This document shows, piece by piece, positions 1-8,138 of a stretch of 64,000 bases of DNA (positions are counted from its first letter, which is position 1; every line of letters starts with the position of its first letter). Position numbers and translations under genes: made by a program. The notes under the pieces were generated by a model. That model ran no database searches and was not told the DNA's origin. It saw nothing but the letters and a program-made list of their open reading frames with translations. Source of the DNA: an uncultured virus (IMG/VR IMGVR_UViG_3300042556_003278) (taxonomy: Duplodnaviria; Heunggongvirae; Uroviricota; Caudoviricetes); IMG/VR virus record IMGVR_UViG_3300042556_003278; one strand, given 5' to 3'.

Positions 1-303
1 ACAAAGTTTCAGCCGCTTTATCAGGAAATGTCGGCACTGCCGATACAACGAACTCTCACAGCGACTTGGACGATTAGATCGTTGAACGGGTATTCTTACA
101 CTATGGGTGCCGCTTTCTACGAGGGTTCGTATAATTCGCTTAACAATTTCGTCGCTGTTTACACATCTCCTTTTGATGCCAATACTCGCACCGTCACGTT
201 AGTTGCCAGCAATTTTCCCGCAAACACTTTGATCACGTTTGCGATGTGGCAGGTTGGCAATACTGCACCTGGCGTGACTGATTTGACGATATACGCAGAC
301 TAA
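1..303 (+). CDS. 3' part of a tail-associated beta-rich (carbohydrate-binding-like) protein; 5' end outside window
   Basis: Near-identical to the C-terminal part of ORF 51689..52228. Confidence 0.7.
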   Translation, partial: TKFQPLYQEMSALPIQRTLTATWTIRSLNGYSYTMGAAFYEGSYNSLNNFVAVYTSPFDANTRTVTLVASNFPANTLITFAMWQVGNTAPGVTDLTIYAD

Positions 304-357
304 CATTATGAAACTCCTCTACGACACTATTAACGAAACTGTCCTGCCTTGGCCCCG
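1..357 (+). repeat. Direct repeat copy 1 (copy 2 at 51926..52282)
   Basis: Manual alignment: 4 mismatches in 357 bp (127, 136, 176, 254), then progressive divergence. Confidence 0.95.
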
Positions 358-781
358 TATTGACGACGAGCCAATCGTTGGGCTCGCTCCAGAGCTTCTA
401 GAGATGACCGTGATCGAAGGCGAAATTCCTACATACGATCCCGAAACCCAAGTCTTGAATCAATCAGATGTCGTAGATGTCGAAGCGCAAACCGTGACGC
501 GCACTTGGGCGGTCACCGATCTTACCTATACCGCAGAGCAAATCGTCTCGCAGTATTTCAGCGCCTACCAAATCGCCGCACTGCAAGAGCTTCGCATGGC
601 CCTTGCTCAAGCAGGCAAGCCCCTCGGCCCGAAGATGACCGCCGCGAAGCAGTGGCTTGAAGGCGTGATGCTTGGCTGGGCGATGAATCCCACACCCGCG
701 CCACAGGAGTCTTTCGGCCAGCCGCAGGCGAGCTTTGCGGAGGCGAGTGGGGAGGCCGTGGGGGATTTGCAGCAACCCTAA
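308..781 (+). CDS. Tail-fibre assembly/chaperone-like protein
   Basis: Follows tail protein; paralogue of 52233..52697 with identical N-terminus. Confidence 0.55.
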   Translation: MKLLYDTINETVLPWPRIDDEPIVGLAPELLEMTVIEGEIPTYDPETQVLNQSDVVDVEAQTVTRTWAVTDLTYTAEQIVSQYFSAYQIAALQELRMALAQAGKPLGPKMTAAKQWLEGVMLGWAMNPTPAPQESFGQPQASFAEASGEAVGDLQQP

Positions 782-786
782 ACACT

Positions 787-1059
787 ATGAAATCAGCCTA
801 CCTCCAAGCTGTCCTCTTTGCCCTGGCGCCGGTGATCGGGTTGGCCAACTGGAGGACGCTGCGCGCGGCCCTGAAGCTGGCTCCTGATCTTTGCGCCTTG
901 GAGTCCGATACAGACCATATCGGGCCGGCAAAGCACCTGATCACCTACAACCGGATACGGACCGCGCTACGGCGCGCGGGAGAGCAAAACGAGGCCATTA
1001 CCGGCGCCATCGTGCATATCGCGGTCGCGCTGGCCTATTTGCGTGGTCGAAAGAATTGA
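787..1059 (+). CDS. Small hydrophobic protein, possible holin-like
   Basis: Hydrophobic ends; lysis/tail context. Confidence 0.4.
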   Translation: MKSAYLQAVLFALAPVIGLANWRTLRAALKLAPDLCALESDTDHIGPAKHLITYNRIRTALRRAGEQNEAITGAIVHIAVALAYLRGRKN

Positions 1060-1089
1060 CAATGTTGTCAGAATTGGGATTTTGATCCT

Positions 1090-1632
1090 ATGAAAACCAA
1101 ACACATTCTTTTTGTCCTTTTGTCCGCCCTCTGTCTTGTCACTGTTTGGGCGCAGCCCTTCGATGCCGACATCCGCCAGACGGCCGACTACAAGCAGGGG
1201 GCGACTTGGATGCCGGTGCTTTTGCGGGACACCGCCGCCGCCACCCGCACCAACCTCCGTATCGGCCTCCCAGCCCTCACGAACACCAACGTCATCAACT
1301 TCCGCAACGCGATTGGTGCGGGTGACGTTTCTGAAGGGGGGGAGCCGTGGTTTGAGAGCGTCACTGCGGGAACTGTAAATACTGACAATCTTTACGATCA
1401 AGGCAGTGGGCTTGTGCAGATCAACTTGAGCGATGGCTATTTGGCCATGTCTGGGCGTTCACTTTTGGAATGGGGCGCTTTCGACCATTTGCAGGTCAAT
1501 GTGCCGTTCAGGTTTTTAATTTCGACTAATAACTGGATCAAAACCAACGCTCCGGCAAATCCGACCAATGTGAACCGCTGGATTGAGGTCCAAGTCGGAA
1601 CCAATAGCTTCCGCATCCCGCTTTACGAATGA
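1090..1632 (+). CDS. Fibre-like protein with N-terminal signal-peptide-like segment and one TRTNL..GLPALTNTNV repeat
   Basis: Shares repeat unit with 54673..56520. Confidence 0.6.
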   Translation: MKTKHILFVLLSALCLVTVWAQPFDADIRQTADYKQGATWMPVLLRDTAAATRTNLRIGLPALTNTNVINFRNAIGAGDVSEGGEPWFESVTAGTVNTDNLYDQGSGLVQINLSDGYLAMSGRSLLEWGAFDHLQVNVPFRFLISTNNWIKTNAPANPTNVNRWIEVQVGTNSFRIPLYE

Positions 1633-1919
1633 GCATCGAGCACGACACCCACGGCCACGCCCGATTCAGTTTTTCGGTCCCTGAAACCATCGGGTTGGCG
1701 ACCGGAGGCATAGCCATCATGTCGGCTTTAAGCCTTTGGATGAGCCTTCCGCACAGAGTAGATGCCGCGGAGGAAGCGAACCGAAGCCAAGATGTCCATA
1801 TCGCCGCGCTGACAGAGGCATCCAATAGCCGGAACGAGAAGGTGGCGGCTCTCGTTGCAGTTGTCGAAAGTATTGACAAACGCACCCAACGCATAGAAAA
1901 CTCTCTTTCCAACAGATAA
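1629..1919 (+). CDS. TM plus coiled-coil membrane protein (lysis-associated)
   Basis: One TM then coiled coil; ATGA overlap with upstream gene. Confidence 0.5.
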   Translation: MSIEHDTHGHARFSFSVPETIGLATGGIAIMSALSLWMSLPHRVDAAEEANRSQDVHIAALTEASNSRNEKVAALVAVVESIDKRTQRIENSLSNR

Positions 1920-1939
1920 CCCACCATGGACCACTGACT

Positions 1940-2101
1940 ATGAAAACATCCGCCACAGGCATTATTGCCATTCTCATCAGCGCGCTTTCGATTGCCAAAG
2001 CGTTGCTGGACGGCCAACCGATCAATGATTTGTCGGTTCACATTTCGAGCATCATGGCCGGGGTCGGCTTGATCTTTGCTCGCGATGCGTCAAAAAACTA
2101 A
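1940..2101 (+). CDS. Putative holin (53 aa, two TM helices); not in ORF track
   Basis: MKTSATGIIAILISALSIAKALL...SIMAGVGLIFARDASKN just upstream of endolysin. Confidence 0.6.
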   Translation: MKTSATGIIAILISALSIAKALLDGQPINDLSVHISSIMAGVGLIFARDASKN

Positions 2102-2237
2102 ATACTTGGCCTTGGCTTTGGCTCTGGCGGCCGCGTTGGCCGTCATGTTTCTGGTCGGCTGCGCCACGTTGACACCGCAAATCAGTTACGATTTCGGCAA
2201 ACAGCGGCTCGATGTGAGCTTCATCGGGCAAAAATGA
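2085..2237 (+). CDS. Small lipoprotein (50 aa), possible spanin component; not in ORF track
   Basis: MRQKTKYLALALALAAALAVMFLVG|C lipobox; stop overlaps the amidase ATG. Confidence 0.55.
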   Translation: MRQKTKYLALALALAAALAVMFLVGCATLTPQISYDFGKQRLDVSFIGQK

Positions 2238-2842
2238 CCATCCGCGATGATCATTGGATCGAAGGTGTCCAGCACGACCGGATTTCCGGCGGGGCGGCCA
2301 TGCCTATCCGCCGGTGCGTGGTGATCCATTTCACGGCCGGCGCGACTGCGCGCAGCAGCGTCAACTTCTGGAAAACCAAGTCGGCCAAGGGGGCCAGCGC
2401 GCATGTGGTTATCGACAGGGATGGCACGATCATTCAGTGCCGGCCTTTCAACCGGACGGCGGGGCATGCCGGAGTAAGCCGGTGGCGCGATCCCAAGACC
2501 GGAACACTATACGATGGGTTGAACGACTGTTCTATCGGCATTGAGTTGGCCAATGCCGGCGATGACCCCAAGCTGGCGCGCCGGTGGAGCAAATTGCCTC
2601 TGGTCGCCGCGGCCCACCGCAATGGCGGACCGGTGAAAGATTGGGAGGATTACCCGCGGGCGCAGTTGGTTGCTGCAACCAAACTGGTGCAGGCATTGGT
2701 CAAACGCTACCGGCTCGATGACATTACCGGCCACGATTGCATTGCGCCGGAAAGGAAAAGTGACCCAGGGCCGGCCTTCCCTATGGAGAAATTGCGGCAA
2801 GCCTGCGGACTGTCGGGCCTGCCGATTGTTTACCGCGCGTAA
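2234..2842 (+). CDS. N-acetylmuramoyl-L-alanine amidase (Amidase_2-type endolysin)
   Basis: VIHFTA, SAHVVI, AGHAG, SIGIEL, GHDCIAPERKSDPG motifs. Confidence 0.92.
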   Translation: MTIRDDHWIEGVQHDRISGGAAMPIRRCVVIHFTAGATARSSVNFWKTKSAKGASAHVVIDRDGTIIQCRPFNRTAGHAGVSRWRDPKTGTLYDGLNDCSIGIELANAGDDPKLARRWSKLPLVAAAHRNGGPVKDWEDYPRAQLVAATKLVQALVKRYRLDDITGHDCIAPERKSDPGPAFPMEKLRQACGLSGLPIVYRA

Positions 2843-2997
2843 TTGTCCTCCAGCCACTGAACGGCAAACCCGCCGTTGCCCACCTCTGCAACGTGCTCGC
2901 AGTTATCTGAAATAACGCCGTGATCCTGCAAAGCGTTCATTACCTGTATTGAATCGTAGCCTTTGGACTCAATGTAGGCTTGCAGCGTTTGGCTCAT
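2830..2997 (-). CDS. Small hypothetical protein coupled to GT9 gene
   Basis: ATG at 2997 overlaps GT9 stop; MSQTLQAYIESKGYD... Confidence 0.5.
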   Translation of the reverse strand: MSQTLQAYIESKGYDSIQVMNALQDHGVISDNCEHVAEVGNGGFAVQWLEDNYAR

Positions 2998-4073
2998 AAG
3001 GGCCAAGGAGCCACGCGACAGACGGGGAAATTGCGCGGGTCGAGCAGGCCATCGAGCTTTGCCACTACTCTTTGCGGGGTAATGTCGGCCAAGGCTACGC
3101 AATAGCCTGTTTGCTCGCAGGGGCCGCCTTCCGGCCATTCGCGGCCGGCGCGCTTGTGGTGGTGGCAAGGAGCGCAACGAGCGCGGCCTTGCAGGGCTTG
3201 GACGCTTGGATAGTAGATGGTCCGCTCCTTCCATGAGAACGGCCCAAACAAGGCAACAGTTGGAACGCCCAAGGCTCCGGCAACGTGGAGAAGACCGGAG
3301 TCTGGCGCGATAAATCCGTCACAGGTGGACAAAAGCGCGGCCGATTGGCGGAAGGTCAGCGGCCGGTTACATAGGTTGACCAGCCCCAATTCCGCGGAAT
3401 CGTCGGCTTGGGCCTCGCCGTGCGCGCCGAATAGAATCACCTCGTATTTGCGCTTGGAGAGCAGTTCTTCGAGGAGCGGCACCTGATGCGGGTAGGTCCG
3501 GCATAGCGCGGTGGCCCGAACGTGCATGCCAATCCGCGGGCGGCCGGTCTTGGGTAGCTCTTTCTGGGCGAACTCGGCTTCTTCGAGGCTGATCTTGTAG
3601 CGGGGGCGCCTGTCTTGCAGTTCGAGGCCAAGGGCAACGGCGTAAAGGTCGGTGGGATGAACGCCGGGATTGCGCTGGATACGCATTTCCGCGGCAAACA
3701 CGTTTGAATCAAACGCATACACGGCATCTTTTGGCACAGGATACGGCACCAGTTCGTAGTTCAGTCCCAAGCCGTCGAAGATGTGGTGGTGCTCGGTGCC
3801 AACTGTCAGCCCCAAACGTGTATCGGGATTGTTGACGCGCCATCCGCGCAGGACCGGTTCGAGAAACATCATGTCGCCCCATCCTCCAGGGGCAACGACC
3901 AGCAAATCGCCGGCCGTAATTGGCTTGAACTCTGCAATAGAAGCCTCAAATCGCTCCTGCCGCATGGCCATGATTTCGCCCACGTTGACATCTTCCGTCA
4001 GGCAATCGACGCCGTGCGGGAAATTCAGGTGGGCAACCTGCACGTTTTGATCGAGGGCGGTAAGCCAATGCAC
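2994..4073 (-). CDS. Glycosyltransferase family 9 (heptosyltransferase-like)
   Basis: GGWGDMM, DSGLLHVAGALGVPTVALFGP and C-terminal CxPC..C..C motifs. Confidence 0.88.
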   Translation of the reverse strand: MHWLTALDQNVQVAHLNFPHGVDCLTEDVNVGEIMAMRQERFEASIAEFKPITAGDLLVVAPGGWGDMMFLEPVLRGWRVNNPDTRLGLTVGTEHHHIFDGLGLNYELVPYPVPKDAVYAFDSNVFAAEMRIQRNPGVHPTDLYAVALGLELQDRRPRYKISLEEAEFAQKELPKTGRPRIGMHVRATALCRTYPHQVPLLEELLSKRKYEVILFGAHGEAQADDSAELGLVNLCNRPLTFRQSAALLSTCDGFIAPDSGLLHVAGALGVPTVALFGPFSWKERTIYYPSVQALQGRARCAPCHHHKRAGREWPEGGPCEQTGYCVALADITPQRVVAKLDGLLDPRNFPVCRVAPWPL

Positions 4074-4100
4074 CCCGCCGTGATAGCCGGATATTTTGGG

Positions 4101-4119
4101 TTGTCAAAATATTTGACAA
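4101..4119. promoter_or_regulatory. Back-to-back -35 elements (TTGTCAA-aatat-TTGACAA): divergent promoter for GT9 and scaffold
   Basis: TTGACA on both strands, 34-35 nt from starts at 4073(-) and 4148(+). Confidence 0.6.
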
Positions 4120-4147
4120 GATTGCCGGTTGGGCAAAAGTCGCCGCA

Positions 4148-5191
4148 ATGAGCACAGCTATTGCTAATTTCGACAACGTAGATACCGCCACCCTCGAAGC
4201 TGCCCTTTTGGGGGCCAGCACTGAACCGCAGCCTGTGGCGGCCGCTGATCTGGAACCTGCTGCCGTGGAGAACACTACTCCCGAAGCTGGCGCGCAGGCC
4301 ACCCAACCGGCGGGCGGGGCACAAGCGCAAACCGAATCGGAGCAGGGTTCTTCTCCTTCCATTGCTCCCGATGACGCCCCGCCCGCCTCCGTGGAGGTCG
4401 AAAATCCGGCCGTGTCGGCTGAGTTTTCCAATTTGGCAGAGGACGAGGCTATTGCTTTGCAAATCCGCCAGCGCAATCCCGATCTGAGCTTGGATGAGTC
4501 GCTTGCCAGGGCGCGCTATCACCTTGGATGGAACGAGCAGCCGGCCGAACAAGGTGAACCGGAGCCGACTCTTGATGAGCGCATTGCCGCCATCGAATCC
4601 GCTCTGGACGAAGCCGGAGCCAATGACGGCCTGTTCACCAGTGAAATCGCCAACCTGACCAAAGAGCATGCCCGCCTTTTGGCCGATCAGGCGGTGGAGA
4701 AAGCCAATCACATCAGACATCAAGAAGTCCGCGTGGCCTCGATCAACGAGGAGCGCGAAGCCAGCTATCAGCGCGCAGCGTCCATGTGCCCTGAAGCCTT
4801 GGATGCCAATTCAGTTATCGGACAAACCCTTTCAGCGGTCATTGCAGAGGCAGAGGCGACCCAAAATCCCCTCCTCTACGATCCGCAGGCACCGGAGTTG
4901 TTTTTGGCTTTGGCCAATGCCCGGTTGCCGGAAGCGCAGCGCGTCGAGTTGAAACGACCGGCCGCTACGACCCAAACAACGCCAAGCGAAGCGCAACTCG
5001 TTCCAGCGCAGCCCGCCAAGCCTTCACCGGCTGGTGTGCTTCCGGTGGCCGCGAGCGCGCGAACCGCGCAACCAGCAACCCGAATGATCGACCCTGCCAG
5101 TCTGGACAGGGCCATCAAAGAAGCCCCGACCGATGTTCTGGAAGCGGCCCTGCTTGGCGATAGGACGAACAACGTCCTGTTGCGCTTGTAG
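4148..5191 (+). CDS. Capsid scaffolding protein
   Basis: Acidic, Ala/Pro-rich helical protein directly upstream of MCP. Confidence 0.75.
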   Translation: MSTAIANFDNVDTATLEAALLGASTEPQPVAAADLEPAAVENTTPEAGAQATQPAGGAQAQTESEQGSSPSIAPDDAPPASVEVENPAVSAEFSNLAEDEAIALQIRQRNPDLSLDESLARARYHLGWNEQPAEQGEPEPTLDERIAAIESALDEAGANDGLFTSEIANLTKEHARLLADQAVEKANHIRHQEVRVASINEEREASYQRAASMCPEALDANSVIGQTLSAVIAEAEATQNPLLYDPQAPELFLALANARLPEAQRVELKRPAATTQTTPSEAQLVPAQPAKPSPAGVLPVAASARTAQPATRMIDPASLDRAIKEAPTDVLEAALLGDRTNNVLLRL

Positions 5192-5287
5192 CGCGCGGCT
5201 TCCGTCCAGCGGACGGCAAAGCAAACAACCAAACAAACCTAATCGCTTCTGTTGCCGAAAGGATTGGCAACGAGGCAAACCGCCATT

Positions 5288-6775
5288 ATGGCCTCATACG
5301 ACAAACCTAATGTGCAAACTCTATCTGAGATTTTGTCGGCGTCCCCTGACGCTTCCAAAGTCGCTTGGGCAGAGCTTGCGATCCGCAAAAGCAACGATTA
5401 CTCGGTGCTTTACGACAACCTGACCGGCAAAATCGGTTCGGGAAAAGCCTTCATCGAGCACAGCGATCTGCGCGTCACCGCCGGTAACGAAGTGGTGATT
5501 CCGCTGGTCGGCGGTGCTCGCGGTCCCGGCGTCCAAGGCGCTGGAGATCGTGTCGGCAACGAAAAGAAACTCGTCCCCAAGGACTTCCGCTTCAAAGTGG
5601 GTCGCTGGTGGGATGGTTTCGCCATCAACAGCGTTGCCCGCAACGAAACCATCATCGGTGGTAAGTGGGACCGCGCGGCCATGGAGTTCCTCGCTCGCAA
5701 CCTTCGTATCAAGAAGGTTGACGATATGCTGATGGAGCTTCGCCGGCGCGCCAACGCCCGCAACACCATCCGTCCGAACAACAAAACTTCGCGCAATGCG
5801 CTTCGCACTGCGGACGTTTTCTCGACGGCCACCGTCCTTCACGGTGTTAACACCCTGACCTCGCTCGCGGCCAAGCCGGTGAGCCTCGGCAAATCTTCTG
5901 CCGGCGCCCCGATCCGCGAGTTTGTGTTCCTCGGTGACAACAACGCCTTGGAGAGCTTTCGCAACAGCGCGACCTACCTTCAGGCCGCCCAATACGCGGA
6001 TGTTCGTGGCTCGATGAACAGCCTGTTCACCGGCAACATCCTGCCTTGGAACGGAAACCTCATCTATTCGTGGGACATCGAAGACCCCGAAGATTTGGCT
6101 CCGGCGGGCTGCCCGCTTGTTCCGCGCGCCTTCTTGGGCAACGCGATTGCGGCCGGCACGACCGCGGTGGACATCACCGGCGGCGGCTCCGCGACTAACG
6201 CGGCCGACACGGACGTTCGGTTCTTCGGCTACTTCAGCAACGCGGCTTACACCGGTTGCGAAGGCGCCAAGATCACGGCTGACACCGCGACCGACCGCTA
6301 TGTGGCGATCCTGAACCTCTCCGGCGCAGACGCCGGCAAGGTCATGTTCGCTTCCTTCCGCGTGAACAACGGAAACAAACTGACGATGATCAATCGTCTC
6401 GGCGCAACCGCCACCGGCGCGCAGGTGACTACCTTGGGTAACATTACCTGGGGCACCGGCACCTACGGCGGCGTTGACCTCGCCACCAGCGCGGCCTCTG
6501 GCAGCCTTGTGGTTGAAGTCAACAGCTTCGGCGTTCCGTTTGGCTTCATGCTCGGCCTCGGTGAGATGGCCGGCGTGATGGGCCACGGCTCCATCGACGG
6601 CGCCAGCGCCATCGGCAAACGCACCGAAGAACACCTGAACCACGACATGGACCACGCCATCGGCATGGAAACTGTGTTCGGTTCGCGTGCCTTCGAGCGT
6701 ATCGACGGCCAAGTGGGGGGTTACACCCTCCTCGAAGTCGCCTTGCCGCTGCGCGGTTTCCCGACTGTCAGCTAA
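5288..6775 (+). CDS. Major capsid protein (DUF4043/N4-gp56-like HK97 fold)
   Basis: Size, position, GVQGAGDRVGNEKKL motif, strong codon bias. Confidence 0.8.
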   Translation: MASYDKPNVQTLSEILSASPDASKVAWAELAIRKSNDYSVLYDNLTGKIGSGKAFIEHSDLRVTAGNEVVIPLVGGARGPGVQGAGDRVGNEKKLVPKDFRFKVGRWWDGFAINSVARNETIIGGKWDRAAMEFLARNLRIKKVDDMLMELRRRANARNTIRPNNKTSRNALRTADVFSTATVLHGVNTLTSLAAKPVSLGKSSAGAPIREFVFLGDNNALESFRNSATYLQAAQYADVRGSMNSLFTGNILPWNGNLIYSWDIEDPEDLAPAGCPLVPRAFLGNAIAAGTTAVDITGGGSATNAADTDVRFFGYFSNAAYTGCEGAKITADTATDRYVAILNLSGADAGKVMFASFRVNNGNKLTMINRLGATATGAQVTTLGNITWGTGTYGGVDLATSAASGSLVVEVNSFGVPFGFMLGLGEMAGVMGHGSIDGASAIGKRTEEHLNHDMDHAIGMETVFGSRAFERIDGQVGGYTLLEVALPLRGFPTVS

Positions 6776-6791
6776 TTGGTATCTCGATCAC

Positions 6792-6818
6792 GGCGGGCCG
6801 GAGCAATCCGGCTCGCCC
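6792..6818 (+). terminator. Stem-loop after MCP
   Basis: GGCGGGCCGGA-gcaa-TCCGGCTCGCC hairpin; no clear U tract. Confidence 0.45.
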
Positions 6819-6843
6819 TATCGGGGTATCACCCGCAAGGAGC

Positions 6844-7191
6844 ATGAACAAAGTCACCATCGTAATCGAAGTGCAAGAAGCCACGGCATTTGCCGTGCAT
6901 CCCATCATCGGGGCCAGCGGCAAAACCTACGGCCACGCTATGTATGATCCCAAGCGCGGAGCCATGGCGTTTCGCATGAGCTTGGAGGAATGGCGAGCGG
7001 CCAAGGCTGATCTGTGTCTGGCCAACCGGCCATTCTATGGGTTGGTCTATGATGTGGAGGTCGAGCCGGAAGTTGTGTCGGCCACCATCGAAACACCTGC
7101 GGCCTCCGAACCGCTTCCGCCACAAGAGGCTTTGGCCGAAACCGGCACTTTGATTGGCAAAATCTCCAAACTTCGTCGCACAAAGAAATGA
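6844..7191 (+). CDS. Hypothetical virion-region protein
   Basis: SD (AAGGAG) upstream, ATGA coupling downstream. Confidence 0.6.
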   Translation: MNKVTIVIEVQEATAFAVHPIIGASGKTYGHAMYDPKRGAMAFRMSLEEWRAAKADLCLANRPFYGLVYDVEVEPEVVSATIETPAASEPLPPQEALAETGTLIGKISKLRRTKK

Positions 7192-8138
7192 CCGTAGCAG
7201 AAGCACAGTCTGATTTGTTGGGGTTGATCGGCATTGAGGATGCGCAATATGCGTCCACGCAGGTCAACACCCGCATCCTGTCGGACATCAATGCCACCCT
7301 GCAAAAGCTGTGGACGATGCTGCCGCCATGGTGGAGCACCAAGACCACCGGCGAACTGTTGCGCGCACCGGTTCAGGTGAGCGGCCTGACAGTAACGGCC
7401 GGCAGCAAAACAGTAGTGACGGCCGGCACCGGCACCCTGCCGGTCTGGAGTGAAGCCTGTGCCATCCGCATCTCCGGTGATCCGCGGGACAACGAGATTG
7501 TGACCAGAGACAGCGCGGCGGCCTCATTTACCCTGGCCCTGCCCTATGCTGGCCAAAGCGCGGCCGGTGTGACGGCCACGGTTTACAACGATTGCATTAC
7601 CCTTGGAACGTCCGTGAGCGGCGTCCAGCCGCCGGTGATCATCCTTGGAGAGCATGAACTTGTTCCCCTGCGGAGCCAGCGCGATGTGCATACCTTCGCC
7701 CCAAGTGTCGGGCACAACCGTGAGGCAGTCTATGGCCAGATGCACGATAGCTTTGTTGTGGCCGAACAGAGGGATGTGGACGTTCCCATCGGCTATTTGG
7801 TCGAACGCGGCGTGACCGCGACCGGTCGCGTGGTCAACCGGCTGCGCGTATCGCCCTTCCCTGACAAGCAGTATGTGGTGCAGTTCGAGGAGCGGGCAGA
7901 GGCGCCACGCATTACCAGCCTTTCGCCGGGATCGACCGACATTCCGATCCCGCAGGATTACGCAGAGTCCATTTTCATGCCTATCCTCCGCTATCAGTTT
8001 ACCACGCAGAAGCATTTTGACGCATCGGCTATTCGTGCCGCTCTCAAAGAACAGTATCAGGACGCTTTTCAGCTATTGGCCAAGCTGAAACCGCAAATTG
8101 CCCGCGCGGGCCATGTGCGGGTCAGCGATCACTGGTAA
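7188..8138 (+). CDS. Head-tail adaptor (podoviral, with inserted beta domain)
   Basis: Helical N/C termini, LRVSPFPDKQY motif, position after MCP. Confidence 0.65.
   Translation: MTVAEAQSDLLGLIGIEDAQYASTQVNTRILSDINATLQKLWTMLPPWWSTKTTGELLRAPVQVSGLTVTAGSKTVVTAGTGTLPVWSEACAIRISGDPRDNEIVTRDSAAASFTLALPYAGQSAAGVTATVYNDCITLGTSVSGVQPPVIILGEHELVPLRSQRDVHTFAPSVGHNREAVYGQMHDSFVVAEQRDVDVPIGYLVERGVTATGRVVNRLRVSPFPDKQYVVQFEERAEAPRITSLSPGSTDIPIPQDYAESIFMPILRYQFTTQKHFDASAIRAALKEQYQDAFQLLAKLKPQIARAGHVRVSDHW

Noticed and set aside
1..357. Diversity-generating retroelement TR/VR pair with 51926..52282
   Set aside because: No reverse transcriptase in the window; mismatches are not confined to adenines on one strand; the repeat spans two genes.
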